The notes below the pieces were generated by a model. That model did no database searches and had not been told where the DNA came from. It saw only the letters and a list, made by a program, of their open reading frames with translations. The translations under genes were made by a program, and so were the position numbers. From a virus: a stretch of DNA of 44,291 nucleotides. How positions within the stretch are numbered: position 1 is the first letter of the stretch; each line of letters opens with the position of its first letter. Below, piece by piece: positions 32,537 to 42,718 of this stretch. The stretch is taken from positions 1 through 44,291 of IMG/VR virus record IMGVR_UViG_3300000976_000022, one strand, 5' to 3'.

Positions 32537-33853
32537 TTAATTACAATCTGTTTCTGGTGAAGCACTATCTGGTAAACCATCAAAGAAAATCATACCAACA
32601 GTATAACCTTCAGAACATTCACTAGCCATAGCATCAAGAGGTATGGTTACTTCTTCATCTGCTGGAATATTATAAAGACCGTTACCATTCATAATATCGG
32701 GTACATCAAGAATATAAGCTGATCCCTTACGCGATGTAATAAGATGATAAGCTACATTAGCACCAGCCTTAACAAGATCATCTGTAGCAACAGTACTTAG
32801 ATATACATCAATTTTACCATCAACATCAAATGAACCAGTACTAACGCCAAACCCACCCGGTTTAGCTTTACCCGCATCGCGTGTATGACCTTTTTTAGCT
32901 TTAAGGTTATTGGAAATAGTAAATTCTGAAGTTGTTACAATACCAAAAATTTGATCTGTAATGGGTGCACCATCTTCATAGATAGTTATCATAGATTGAT
33001 AAACATCACTTGAAGTATTATAAGCATCTTCAGGTATATAATTAACTGTATTGGCTGCTGTTAAATCTGTATCATTTGGTATTTTCATATCACAAATAGC
33101 AATATAAGATAATTCACATGAAACTGGTTTTTCAGAAGGTGCATTAATTTTAAATTGTGTACCAACTAAACCTTCAACATGTTCTGATTGCGGCAATCCA
33201 TTATACATACCTAAAGTTCTTTTAAGTGTTAATGAATTTTCTTGAATAAGTGCAATATCTTTTTCATTACGAATAAATTTACCAATATGCATTTCAACAG
33301 CTATACCCGCCCCTGCATCTGCTGTTAAAGGCGTTGTAACACGATCTAGTACAATATTTGAAGTATCTGTAACTTCTTTAATACGCCCAAAAAATTCTTT
33401 AGCTAGGCGTTTTAAAGGATCGTCACTAAAACATGCAATCCAATTACCCGGTACAAAACCATTAGCTTCAGTAAAATCTGTTGATGCAGCAGCCGTAACA
33501 GTAACAATATTATCTGCTGCAACAGCTATTGAAATATCACCTGCTGGAAAATCAATTTTTGAATTAGCGCGGGCGCGATAATCAGCAAAAAGAAAACTCT
33601 TTAAAGATAGCTGATTATTAGTAGGGCGCATTTTATTATTCCACCCGGCTAAATAATCAAACCCTGAAATAGTAGGGCGTGAATTTTGTCTACTGGCGCT
33701 ATGGCGTTTGTTACGTTCAACGTTAACCTTACCGCCTGTTTCACCCCATGTTTCAACATCTAATTCATGCCATGTAGGGGTCGCTGGAAGTACGCCAATC
33801 GTATCTTCTTCTGCAATATAACCGCCTACACTTGATCCTGATACAGTGTCCAT
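32537..33853 (-). CDS. Major tail (tube) protein candidate, large form (438 aa)
   Basis: It lies directly upstream of the G/GT chaperone genes and is followed by a stem-loop. Its size is comparable to duplicated-domain tube proteins. Confidence 0.5.
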   Translation of the reverse strand: MDTVSGSSVGGYIAEEDTIGVLPATPTWHELDVETWGETGGKVNVERNKRHSASRQNSRPTISGFDYLAGWNNKMRPTNNQLSLKSFLFADYRARANSKIDFPAGDISIAVAADNIVTVTAAASTDFTEANGFVPGNWIACFSDDPLKRLAKEFFGRIKEVTDTSNIVLDRVTTPLTADAGAGIAVEMHIGKFIRNEKDIALIQENSLTLKRTLGMYNGLPQSEHVEGLVGTQFKINAPSEKPVSCELSYIAICDMKIPNDTDLTAANTVNYIPEDAYNTSSDVYQSMITIYEDGAPITDQIFGIVTTSEFTISNNLKAKKGHTRDAGKAKPGGFGVSTGSFDVDGKIDVYLSTVATDDLVKAGANVAYHLITSRKGSAYILDVPDIMNGNGLYNIPADEEVTIPLDAMASECSEGYTVGMIFFDGLPDSASPETDCN

Positions 33854-33854
33854 T

Positions 33855-34400
33855 TTAGTCTCCTACTTCTGCTTCTAAATACCTATACTCAATAATCGTT
33901 TTGAACCTATATGAATTTTCAGTAGGATCAAGAGGCATACTAATAGCTGATTTGAAATATAGACTGCCATAAATTCTTTTACCGCGAAAGCGATTTCTTA
34001 TTATTTGCGCCATTAGTTCCATTTGCGGCCCGGCTTCTGCTTTATCCGGGGATTTAGGCGCAAACCATTCAACACTTAACATACCAGTTTCGTAATATGC
34101 ATTACTACTTGTTTTATGGCCTAATTTTTTATTTTCAATAGGTTGCATTTGAACACGCACCCAATGTAAAGCATTATTAGGTTTACCGTCTTTTTCAATA
34201 ACGTTTTCTGTAACGTCTGTACCGCCATAATCATAAGTTACTGTTTCTGGCGTTTCTTGATTATAAAAAGGTTCATTGTAAGGCCATTTAATAAAAGGAA
34301 TATAACCTAAAACATCTTCACTATTTGTACGCAACACTTTAAGAAAATGCTGATACATTTTATCACGTGCTTGTTCATATGTTAAAGCATCATTAGACAT
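33855..34400 (-). CDS. Tail terminator / tail completion candidate (181 aa)
   Basis: Positional call: it lies immediately upstream of the tube gene. Confidence 0.35.
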   Translation of the reverse strand: MSNDALTYEQARDKMYQHFLKVLRTNSEDVLGYIPFIKWPYNEPFYNQETPETVTYDYGGTDVTENVIEKDGKPNNALHWVRVQMQPIENKKLGHKTSSNAYYETGMLSVEWFAPKSPDKAEAGPQMELMAQIIRNRFRGKRIYGSLYFKSAISMPLDPTENSYRFKTIIEYRYLEAEVGD

Positions 34401-34834
34401 TATTTAAAAGCCATTATATAAACTACATCTACGCTATCTGGTGAAATAGGATCACACATAACTACATCTAATTTTGTACCATCCGATTTAACAATATAAT
34501 CTTTTAACTTAGGTGTAAATTCTTGTGTTGCCATTAAACCCATTATTGAACCACTAGGTATATCAGAACGTGCTTCATAACCTATTGATTTAAATATAGA
34601 ACCAGATGAAGCTAAAGGTAAAAATACTATATCAACTATATGAGGTTTAATACTATCTGTATCGCTATCTGTGGGCTTAATAGCTCTTCTTAGCCAAGGT
34701 TTATCATTTGCTTCATTAGTAACTGGTACAGCATCTTTTATAACACTACCTGTTACAAACCATTTAACGTTATTATCACCATCTTCTTTAATAACTTCTT
34801 TAGCAAAATCTATTTCATCTTGAAATTTGCCCAC
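34400..34834 (-). CDS. Neck / head-closure candidate (144 aa)
   Basis: Positional call: it lies between the adaptor and the terminator candidate. Confidence 0.3.
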   Translation of the reverse strand: MGKFQDEIDFAKEVIKEDGDNNVKWFVTGSVIKDAVPVTNEANDKPWLRRAIKPTDSDTDSIKPHIVDIVFLPLASSGSIFKSIGYEARSDIPSGSIMGLMATQEFTPKLKDYIVKSDGTKLDVVMCDPISPDSVDVVYIMAFK

Positions 34835-34836
34835 AA

Positions 34837-35343
34837 TTACCCCCTATCGGATATTAGAGATAACCCGCCCGAAATACTAGAAGATAACAAAGGGCCAAGT
34901 AACCCGGCAAGCTTATTACCGAATTTATTTAATGAACCTTCTTCACGGCTTCTTTGTTTGAATTTTCTTGTTATAGGGCCAAGCGTTCTTTCAGTTAAAA
35001 AACTATCACTTGTATCATCTTCTAAAGACAAACCCCTTAAACTTTGATAAGACAATTCTAATTGCGCTTGAATAAATACTTGCGGTATTTCTGTTGTACC
35101 GTAATTGGGATGCTCTAAACGAGGAAAAGGTATAAAATTATTTGTATAAGCTTTTTTACCAATATATTGATCTATAAAACTTATTAAAACATCCATAGCT
35201 TTAATAGCAGCTATTGTTGCTTTTTCTTCATCAACACCAGTAATACCGCGCAAAATAGCATAATCAATAACTTGTTGTGCGGTAACTACTGAATTAGAAT
35301 TTTCAACCCCTGTACCGTCTTCAATAGTAACCGCAATAGGCAT
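34837..35343 (-). CDS. Head-tail adaptor (gp6-like connector) candidate (168 aa)
   Basis: GVENSNSVVTAQQVIDYAILRG resembles the N-terminal ...NSY.s..eAd.Y... pattern of gp6-like adaptors. It is the first connector gene after the capsid region. Confidence 0.45.
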   Translation of the reverse strand: MPIAVTIEDGTGVENSNSVVTAQQVIDYAILRGITGVDEEKATIAAIKAMDVLISFIDQYIGKKAYTNNFIPFPRLEHPNYGTTEIPQVFIQAQLELSYQSLRGLSLEDDTSDSFLTERTLGPITRKFKQRSREEGSLNKFGNKLAGLLGPLLSSSISGGLSLISDRG

Positions 35344-35363
35344 TATTATTTACCTTTAAATTA

Positions 35364-35373
35364 GGTCAAGACC
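35364..35373 (-). repeat. GGTCTTGACC motif, copy b (exact)
   Basis: Read directly as aaatttGGTCTTGACCtaattt. It forms the 3' arm of the hairpin AGGTCAA(12 nt)TTGACCT at 35363-35388, which overlaps the stop codon of gene 35379..36164. Confidence 0.9.
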
Positions 35374-35378
35374 AAATT

Positions 35379-36164
35379 TTATTGACCTGTAGAAAATCCT
35401 GTAGGCGCTGGTGCAACTGGTGCAACTTCAGGGCCGGGATTAGTAAACTCGTAAGCTTGCGCTTCTGGTGTAGCAGCCCATGATTGACCAGCAGGAGTAG
35501 TAAGCCATGCTTGGCCTTCTGGTGAAGCCAAATGGTTATTCATATCAATAACGCTTTGGTTCTTATCAAGAATGGTAACATTACCTATTTCAAATTCACG
35601 TACAGCATCTTCAGGATGAATACTTTTACGTTCACCCTTAGCTGTAAATTCATAACTGCGTTCATTATTAGCGCCGTAAGGTTGCCCGGTTGCGGGCCAA
35701 ATTTCGTTATGATTATTACAAGCAACTTGCGCTTCACAATAAACGCTTTCACCATCACCATAACCATAATCAATTAGGCTAAATTCTTTTTTAGAACCAT
35801 CAACTTTTTCTGGTTCTTTATCAGTTGAAACACCGCCAGCATTAGCATTAGCTATAGAAGCAGCCGTTTCATTTTCCACCTGAAACTTTTTAGCAACTGT
35901 CATACCATCTTCATAATGATCTGCATAGTTTTCAGGAATATTATTAACTGAAACTTCTTCATTAGTTTCAGGATCAATATAAGTATAAGAACCAGATACA
36001 CCATTACATTCATTTGCATCTTCTTTAAGCTTTGAACGATCTGTTAAACCAGCGTTACGAAAACCAACCTGTACACCCATTTCTGAAAGCTTATTTGCTT
36101 CTTCACGGTCAAATACTGTAGGGGCCATAGCCGCAATAAAAAATAGAATAAATGGTTTTTTCAT
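35379..36164 (-). CDS. Exported protein of unknown function with an N-terminal signal peptide (261 aa)
   Basis: MKKPFILFFIAAMAPTVF has an n-region, an h-region and an A-x-A site. The C-terminus carries P(E/A)GQ(A/S)W repeats. The gene is bracketed by a terminator upstream and motif copy b downstream. Confidence 0.5.
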   Translation of the reverse strand: MKKPFILFFIAAMAPTVFDREEANKLSEMGVQVGFRNAGLTDRSKLKEDANECNGVSGSYTYIDPETNEEVSVNNIPENYADHYEDGMTVAKKFQVENETAASIANANAGGVSTDKEPEKVDGSKKEFSLIDYGYGDGESVYCEAQVACNNHNEIWPATGQPYGANNERSYEFTAKGERKSIHPEDAVREFEIGNVTILDKNQSVIDMNNHLASPEGQAWLTTPAGQSWAATPEAQAYEFTNPGPEVAPVAPAPTGFSTGQ

Positions 36165-36183
36165 CTTTAGGTTCCTTACCTGT

Positions 36184-36209
36184 TAAAAGAACCGGGCCTA
36201 GACCCGGTT
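36184..36209 (-). terminator. Rho-independent terminator after the major capsid gene
   Basis: On the minus strand AACCGGG ucuagg CCCGGUU is followed by CUUUU. Confidence 0.6.
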
Positions 36210-36234
36210 AAGTTTCACGCTAAATTGTAATTAC

Positions 36235-37239
36235 TTAGGCTACCGCTTTAGTTTTAAGAAGAACACCTGCTGTAACTTTAGTATCGTGTGCGTTAGTGTC
36301 CCAATTAGTAGCAGTACCAATTGCAGCCCCATTAGGCGTTTTACCACCGTTTGTACGATCCCATTCTGTATTTTTAACACCTACATTAAAAGTCCATTCG
36401 GATTGAATAGTACGTTTAATATTTTCGTTACCGTTGCTTTCATCAAGGTTCTGATAAAAATCACCGTTATCTTCAACACGTACAGCACCGGGTACAAGCC
36501 CCATAATGTTATAAGTATCGGGATTACCCGCATCAGTTTCAACAAGTGAAGGGCTATCAAGTACAACAAAGATACGGCCTAACGGATCGCGCATAACCGC
36601 AACATCACCAATAACATAAAGACGTTCTGCATTAGCTAAATTATCATCAAGATAATCATACATACTTGTAGAGTGCATAACCCATGCAGCAATACGTGAA
36701 CCTTTATCACCAAACGGCCTTACAGCGCGATTTAAAGCACGTGGGGTAACATTTTTATTAGTTTCCCCTGTAAGGTCTGTAATCGGATCAATAAGCCCTG
36801 AAGTAGCTACACCAGCGCTTACACCAGTAATAGCAGAACGCGCAGCTAGAATTGCTGTATTAATCATATCCTGCATCATAGCAACGGCTAGTTGTTTAGC
36901 ATAAACAGTACCGCCCAATTTAGGGTTTTGTTGAATATATGTAAACATTTGTTGATCAATACGTACAGGTGGAGTACCACGCGGGCATTTAACAGAAGCT
37001 TCAATAAGGTGTCTTAATTGTTCTTCAGTAACCGTACCATCTGCATAAGGATTACGTTCACGAATAAGGTTAGCAAGAGTGCCAAAAGAAGCTTTAATAT
37101 CAAAATCGCCAACATTCTTTTTAGGTACTAAAATCATAGTACCGTTTGAAGCGGCATTAAATTTATCAACTTCTTGTTGAATGATTTGCGTAGCTGTTGT
37201 GTACGCTTGGTTATTAAAAATTTCAAAGTTAGTAAGCAT
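36235..37239 (-). CDS. Major capsid protein (334 aa)
   Basis: It follows the scaffold gene, is a typical size, and is followed by a terminator as is common for highly expressed capsid genes. The call rests on position and size. Confidence 0.7.
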   Translation of the reverse strand: MLTNFEIFNNQAYTTATQIIQQEVDKFNAASNGTMILVPKKNVGDFDIKASFGTLANLIRERNPYADGTVTEEQLRHLIEASVKCPRGTPPVRIDQQMFTYIQQNPKLGGTVYAKQLAVAMMQDMINTAILAARSAITGVSAGVATSGLIDPITDLTGETNKNVTPRALNRAVRPFGDKGSRIAAWVMHSTSMYDYLDDNLANAERLYVIGDVAVMRDPLGRIFVVLDSPSLVETDAGNPDTYNIMGLVPGAVRVEDNGDFYQNLDESNGNENIKRTIQSEWTFNVGVKNTEWDRTNGGKTPNGAAIGTATNWDTNAHDTKVTAGVLLKTKAVA

Positions 37240-37267
37240 TTCAAGCTATCCTATTTTAAGCGTTTGT

Positions 37268-38011
37268 TTACTCTACTTTAAATTCGGTTGCTGCCAGCAA
37301 ATCTTCATCTGACATTTCAAGTAAACTTTGATCTGATTTTTTACCGGGGGTTTTTACTTCACCGGGTTTACCAATCGTTTCGGTACTACCGCTCGCCTTT
37401 GACCCTGCCAATATGCTTGAATATTCTTTGTTGTCAAGCAATTCTTTTTCAAAATCGGCTAAACTTGCTGCTGAAGGTGAACCGTCACTATGGCTAATTC
37501 TAATAAGGTCTTCAGTAGCACCTTCAGGGCGTTCTAAAGACATACGGCTAAGAAGATCAGCAACAAAAGCCTTCTTAGTAAATGCAGGTGTATCTTTTTT
37601 AAGAAGTTTATCAGCTAATTCATTAGCTTTACCTTTTAATGTTGTTTCAGATTTATATGTACTAAATTCACCTTTAGCTGCTTCAATTTCTTTATCTTTA
37701 TCAGCAAGTTTAGCGTCATATTCTTTACGCAATGCAGCTAATTTACTTTCATCTGGTTCTTTAGAAACAGCTAAATCATATTTCTTTTGAAGATCATCTT
37801 TTTCAGTTTTAAGAGTATTCAAATCAGAAACGGCTTTAGCGGCCTTTGCAACTTCAGCATCTTTAGCTGTTTTTAGTGCTTGAACATCCGGGTGAAATTC
37901 AACACCTTTTACATCAAGACTAAACTTACCATCTTTTGCAACATATTCTTTTTTTACGTCTTCTGGTAAAGCGTCATAAGTTACTTGTTCAATAATATAA
38001 TTTAAGGCCAT
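37268..38011 (-). CDS. Scaffolding protein (247 aa)
   Basis: It lies between the portal and capsid genes. It is strongly helical and rich in A, K, E and D, with coiled-coil composition. Confidence 0.6.
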   Translation of the reverse strand: MALNYIIEQVTYDALPEDVKKEYVAKDGKFSLDVKGVEFHPDVQALKTAKDAEVAKAAKAVSDLNTLKTEKDDLQKKYDLAVSKEPDESKLAALRKEYDAKLADKDKEIEAAKGEFSTYKSETTLKGKANELADKLLKKDTPAFTKKAFVADLLSRMSLERPEGATEDLIRISHSDGSPSAASLADFEKELLDNKEYSSILAGSKASGSTETIGKPGEVKTPGKKSDQSLLEMSDEDLLAATEFKVE

Positions 38012-38046
38012 TTTTATAGTTTCCTTTTAGCGTTTTATACCCACAA

Positions 38047-39657
38047 TTAGGCTTTGTTATCGCCCTTTTTAGGGGCTGGTTTTTTGTCCTTTTTAGGATC
38101 AATTTTTTTATCATCATTATCAAAATTAGATGATTTAGCTTGCATTAAATCCATAGCTGCTTTTTGTTTATCTTCAAGCATTTTATCAATTTTAACTTTA
38201 GCTTCTTCATCATCTTCAATAGCTATACCCGCTTTACGTAATTTAAAACGTAATTCTTCCCATGTAATACCAGTTTTTTCATAAAGTTCTAACCATATGC
38301 GTATATCTTCAGCACTAATATTATTAACATCAAAATCAGTATTAATTACAAAAGCTTCAGAATTATTTTCACGGATTAAAGCCATATTCATAAAACGTGC
38401 ATGACGATTAATTATCTTAGCGTATGTTTCAGATACGTTTTTAGCTATAGTTGCTAATTCACTATTTTCAGAAACGTTATCATTTTTTGCTTCTGTTGCG
38501 GTACGTTGTACTTCACGATCTTCAACCATTTTAGCGCCAATAGCTTTAGCCTGTTTTTCCTTATGTTTCATGGCTTCAAAGATCATTGTATTTTCAGTTG
38601 CTTGAAGAAGCCCGGCTTGTGCGTTTTCAGGTAAAGGTACAGCCCGGCGTGAACCTAAAAGAACACGCCCTTTAAATACTTCTTTAACCCATGTTTCAGT
38701 TAATCCGCTATACCACGGCGTAGGTTGACCAAGAATAAAACAAGCTTCTTCATAATCAGCGCTATTATGATAATGTGCAAAATTAATATCAACCAAATCT
38801 TCAATAGGGGGTTTATTAGGTAAATGATTATTATCTTCAGCACCTATAATATCAAAAGGTATATGATCTAATATTTGACCATCTGCACCACTAATATAAT
38901 CAGGCCCGCTATATATTTCAAATTGGATATTATTACCTTTTCTGTAAACGGTTACTGAATATTGCCAAGCATCGTTTAATTCTAATACAACCCATTCGTT
39001 TTCTAATTTGAGTTCAAAACCATCATCTTCAGATACATATTTTCTTACAAAAACAACCTTACTTAATACTGATTTTGCACCGCGTTTAGTTATACGCCAA
39101 TTTATAAAATGTTTAGCTTTAATTAATGTTGTAACGGCTCTTATTTCACCACTTTCATTATCAGCTTTAGATACTTCTTTAACTTTACCTTCTTCATCTG
39201 TAACTTTAGGGTAATCAGTCCATAAGCATACGCGACCATCACGAATAACACGATTAGAAGCTTGTTTAGATTGTTGAATAATACCCGAAGCTTGACCATC
39301 AATATCAAAATTTAAATAGTCAAGCACTTCAGGAAATTCTTCATCTTGTGCTGGATTGCGTAAAAATAATTGCCCCTCTAAACCCTTAACAGTATTACCA
39401 GCTAAATTATAAAATAAAGCCCTTTGTTTATATGCTTTATAACGTTTAGTAGCGTCTTCTTTTTCGCCGGGTGTCATATCAACAGTAATAGGCGTAGGAT
39501 GGGGTAAGTATTCTTCACCCTTACTTTTAACTTGTGTTTGACCTAATAAACAATCATCAATTCTTTCATAAATAGGGCGTAAACGTTCAACTTCTTTACG
39601 CACATAATCAACTTGCGGGCCTGAAGTATTTCCATCTGTTGTAACTACTGTGGGCAT
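38047..39657 (-). CDS. Portal protein (536 aa)
   Basis: It lies immediately downstream of the large terminase, sharing nucleotide 39657. It is a typical size and has a K/D-rich C-terminal tail. Confidence 0.75.
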   Translation of the reverse strand: MPTVVTTDGNTSGPQVDYVRKEVERLRPIYERIDDCLLGQTQVKSKGEEYLPHPTPITVDMTPGEKEDATKRYKAYKQRALFYNLAGNTVKGLEGQLFLRNPAQDEEFPEVLDYLNFDIDGQASGIIQQSKQASNRVIRDGRVCLWTDYPKVTDEEGKVKEVSKADNESGEIRAVTTLIKAKHFINWRITKRGAKSVLSKVVFVRKYVSEDDGFELKLENEWVVLELNDAWQYSVTVYRKGNNIQFEIYSGPDYISGADGQILDHIPFDIIGAEDNNHLPNKPPIEDLVDINFAHYHNSADYEEACFILGQPTPWYSGLTETWVKEVFKGRVLLGSRRAVPLPENAQAGLLQATENTMIFEAMKHKEKQAKAIGAKMVEDREVQRTATEAKNDNVSENSELATIAKNVSETYAKIINRHARFMNMALIRENNSEAFVINTDFDVNNISAEDIRIWLELYEKTGITWEELRFKLRKAGIAIEDDEEAKVKIDKMLEDKQKAAMDLMQAKSSNFDNDDKKIDPKKDKKPAPKKGDNKA

Positions 39658-41303
39658 TATCTAAACCATTCCATTATTAAAGGTGCTTTTGGTAATCTTG
39701 TTCCATCCATTAAGATCATATATCTTATCATATCGTAAATATGGTCTTCTTGGTCTGTATCAACATCTTGTGGATTAGTATCATCACGTGCCATAGTTGG
39801 CAAGACTTCAATAGTAGCTTGGCAATTATCCATAACATAAAAACCCCGCCCTTCATGCTCTAAGCTTGCCTGAAGACGATCCCGTAATAATTGAAGCCCT
39901 ACTTCACGTGAACCTTTAGACTTATCAGAAGCTATAAAATCAATACCATGATCTGACATAGTTTTAGCTAAGGTATCAACCCCCTGTTGAAGCATTTGCG
40001 TTATTTGATTATCTGCTGGCCCGGCGTAAGGTTCTTTCTTAATCCATCCAAACATTTTTAAAGCACGTTCTATTTTACCCATACCTAAAGAAACATCTTT
40101 AGCTGATAATTTTAAACCCTTATTTGATCCTATTTCTTTAGTACCATACCATTCAGCTAATTGTATTATTGATCCTGCTTGTGGTGTCCATTTAGCACCC
40201 CCACGTAATTCAACTTCTTCACCGTTAGCTATAGTGAATAAACCATATGAAAAAGGATGGGTAGAACCCCAATCAAAAGCACGATATACAGGCCAATTTT
40301 CAGGTACTTTAAAACGTGGTATTACATGGCAATCACGTTTCCATAAATCATCTAACGCCCCACCCGCCATTACATCCCATGAACCTAATAACCAAGCTGC
40401 ACGTAAATTAGGGTCTTTAATAGAATTAAGTTGTGCAACGTATTTAGGATCAAGATAAGGGTTTTCTTTATACGATCCGAATATAGCAATTTGCGTTAAT
40501 TCTATTTCTTCTTCTTGTCTGGTTTGTGGATTAAATATAGTTTGTTTACGTTTAACCATAACACCACTTGGCGCTACATTAATAAAACGTCTTTTAACCC
40601 AATTATGGCCCGGCCCTGAAGGGTTAGTTGTAGAAAATACTTCTAACGGTATAGACGGTAAGGGTTTTCCATTTGCAGTTAAATATTTAACTGATCCATC
40701 TTCATTAATTACAAATTCACCAGTTGTAGTAGTAGCTTTAGGCGTATGTTCTTCTTGTTTAAATGATGAACGATTAGTAGACAAAAGCTTATCATGTAAA
40801 TCAGGGTTAGGATGTTTAGTTAATTCATTAAAACCTATAAATGGGTATTCGTGACCATGAAAATTTTCATAATGATCTAATGTTTTAGCATGACGTAAAA
40901 GCAATTCTTCACCAGTAGGCCAAACAAACTTATATTCACTATGGCTACTTAAAAATTTACAACCATCATCAAAAGACAATAAAAAACGCTTACCTTGTGC
41001 AACAATATCATTAAGGTTTTTAAATTCACGATCAAATATAACACCGCGCCAGAATGAACCATAACCTTTGCCCACATTTCTACGAAAGCGCATTATTTGT
41101 GTTATAGTTTTACCCGGCCCCCTAGCACCATGATAAAGGGTATATTGCGCCCGCGTATCTAAAGCATAAGCTTGTGATGAATTAGGTATAGGTTTAAATA
41201 CAACTTTTGAAGGTTCTATTTCATCCGGGTTAGGCGGTGTAAATAAAGGGCTTTCAACAGCACTATCTATTTTAAGATCAGCTAAATCAAATAATAATGA
41301 CAT
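39657..41303 (-). CDS. terL: Terminase large subunit (548 aa)
   Basis: Walker A is YHGARGPGKT and Walker B is YPFIGFNELT. A C-terminal nuclease-type domain is present, and the portal gene lies directly downstream. Confidence 0.85.
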   Translation of the reverse strand: MSLLFDLADLKIDSAVESPLFTPPNPDEIEPSKVVFKPIPNSSQAYALDTRAQYTLYHGARGPGKTITQIMRFRRNVGKGYGSFWRGVIFDREFKNLNDIVAQGKRFLLSFDDGCKFLSSHSEYKFVWPTGEELLLRHAKTLDHYENFHGHEYPFIGFNELTKHPNPDLHDKLLSTNRSSFKQEEHTPKATTTTGEFVINEDGSVKYLTANGKPLPSIPLEVFSTTNPSGPGHNWVKRRFINVAPSGVMVKRKQTIFNPQTRQEEEIELTQIAIFGSYKENPYLDPKYVAQLNSIKDPNLRAAWLLGSWDVMAGGALDDLWKRDCHVIPRFKVPENWPVYRAFDWGSTHPFSYGLFTIANGEEVELRGGAKWTPQAGSIIQLAEWYGTKEIGSNKGLKLSAKDVSLGMGKIERALKMFGWIKKEPYAGPADNQITQMLQQGVDTLAKTMSDHGIDFIASDKSKGSREVGLQLLRDRLQASLEHEGRGFYVMDNCQATIEVLPTMARDDTNPQDVDTDQEDHIYDMIRYMILMDGTRLPKAPLIMEWFR

Positions 41304-41306
41304 AGG

Positions 41307-41831
41307 CTAAAGCCCGCCATTTCTTAACCTTTTCTGTTGCGCTTCTAAACCTGCTGCATGTTGTTCATTTGTACCAAAATCTTGTACTAATAGCACTTTT
41401 GATTGATCTACATATTGGTTATTATTTTGCGTGACAGAATTATCATTTATATTATTTATTATTTTAGTTTTACTTGATCCCTTACCTTCTAAGAAACCAC
41501 GTATTTTAGCATAATCCATTAATGCTTTACGTTTTACATCATGGTCAAAAGCTGTACGGGATAATTGATATAAATCTTGTGCTGTTTCTTCAGCAGTAGG
41601 TAAAAAATAATCATGCCCGAAAGTATCAATTAATTCTTTTCTTAATGTTATTATTTTTTGTGAAGTAGGCCATTCCATACTTACTTCTAATTGTTTTTCA
41701 TCATTATCAGGATAAAGCATTTTTGCTAATTCCATTGATGAATACTTACCCGATAGCATACCAGCCGCAAAATTGCGTTGTAGATCAAGTTCTACTTCAT
41801 CAATATCTTCTATTACAGCAAATCCAGTCAT
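41307..41831 (-). CDS. Terminase small subunit candidate (174 aa)
   Basis: Positional call only: it lies directly upstream of terL. Confidence 0.4.
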   Translation of the reverse strand: MTGFAVIEDIDEVELDLQRNFAAGMLSGKYSSMELAKMLYPDNDEKQLEVSMEWPTSQKIITLRKELIDTFGHDYFLPTAEETAQDLYQLSRTAFDHDVKRKALMDYAKIRGFLEGKGSSKTKIINNINDNSVTQNNNQYVDQSKVLLVQDFGTNEQHAAGLEAQQKRLRNGGL

Positions 41832-41837
41832 TGTTTA

Positions 41838-42191
41838 TTATTTTTCTACTATATCAAAGAAACCTGCTTTATACCAAGTTGTTTCATTTTTATCTGTAAC
41901 ATAAAATGAACGTCTTGCAAACACATATAGTTTTAATTTGTTACCTTCTAAATCTTTACCCTTAATAATTGTATCAGTTTTAGAAGGGCATAGGTTTTCA
42001 TAATCTTTTGTTTTATTTGGACAAAATAAAGGAATATAATTATCAATATTTTTACCTAATAAAGAACCTTTCATTATACGATCTGCTTTAGGGCTGCTAA
42101 TGATAACTATATTATTATTATCAATAGCTATAAAAGGCGCTGTAGCTAAAACATAAGCTTCAATAAAAGGTAAATCTTGAAGGTTAAACAT
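41838..42191 (-). CDS. Hypothetical protein (117 aa)
   Basis: ORF between the lysis cassette and the terminase genes. No motif recognised. Confidence 0.6.
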   Translation of the reverse strand: MFNLQDLPFIEAYVLATAPFIAIDNNNIVIISSPKADRIMKGSLLGKNIDNYIPLFCPNKTKDYENLCPSKTDTIIKGKDLEGNKLKLYVFARRSFYVTDKNETTWYKAGFFDIVEK

Positions 42192-42195
42192 TAGT

Positions 42196-42471
42196 TTATT
42201 CTCCTAACGCCAAATCTAAACGTTTCTTTTTAAATGCTCGCCATTCTTCTAATTCCATTCTTACGTTTTCCATCTCTTTTCTAAGGGCTTCTGCTTCAGT
42301 CTTAAATTTAGCTGTTTCAACTTCAGCATTTTTAACCATATTAGCAACCTTACCAGTTACTATAAAACCCATATGATATAACCATGATGCAATAGCAAAA
42401 CCTAATATTACACCACCCCATGAATAAGGATTTGAACCTATTTCAATTAGTATTTCAGTAAAACTAGCCAT
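42196..42471 (-). CDS. Membrane-anchored coiled-coil protein (91 aa); i-spanin-like or holin/antiholin-like
   Basis: A single TM segment, WGGVILGFAIASWLYHMGFIV, is followed by a charged helical tail (KFKTEAEALRKEMENVRMELEEWRAFKKK). Confidence 0.45.
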   Translation of the reverse strand: MASFTEILIEIGSNPYSWGGVILGFAIASWLYHMGFIVTGKVANMVKNAEVETAKFKTEAEALRKEMENVRMELEEWRAFKKKRLDLALGE

Positions 42472-42475
42472 AACT

Positions 42476-42718
42476 TTATTCTTCTAAACAGATGTTATTA
42501 CAATAACAATTAGCTTTAGCGTTATGAATAACTATTTCACGGCGCGTTTCTATAGTATCTTTTCTTGAATATGAAATTTGTTTTAAAAGACCACTTTCAC
42601 AAACTTTATTATGATTTTTAGTCTCTAAGGTTTGGGTCTTGGTCGTCTGGCAACCCGTCAAGATCATCAAAGTGCTTACCAGCAACAACGCCCGATTTAA
42701 TAGCCTTATCTGTTTCAT
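42476..42718 (-). CDS. Lipoprotein (80 aa from the ATG at 42718); o-spanin-like
   Basis: MKQIRLLNRALLLVSTLMILTGC has a signal peptide with the lipobox L-T-G-C. An AAAGGG RBS lies upstream. Its 5' part overlaps the preceding ORF out of frame. Confidence 0.6.
   Translation of the reverse strand: MKQIRLLNRALLLVSTLMILTGCQTTKTQTLETKNHNKVCESGLLKQISYSRKDTIETRREIVIHNAKANCYCNNICLEE

Noticed and set aside
25282-40458. Plus-strand or alternative-frame ORFs inside late genes (25282..25479, 29864..30097, 30562..30777, 30860..31045, 34820..35047, 35532..35777, 35585..35773, 36286..36549, 36381..36569, 37288..37497, 37413..37790, 38054..38284, 39008..39214, 40234..40458)
   Set aside because: All are embedded in long structural genes on the minus strand. 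They have low-complexity translations and no independent signals.
20832-42644. Possible degenerate copies of the GGTCTTGACC motif at 20832-20841 (GGTCTTGCCA), 29541-29550 (GGACAAGGCC, sharing the flank CGATTTTCCTA with copy e) and 42635-42644 (GGTCTTGGTC)
   Set aside because: Each has two or more mismatches or an indel, lies inside coding sequence and lacks the conserved AT-rich left flank. Matches of this quality, and 12-mer flank matches, are expected by chance in 44 kb, so they are not counted.
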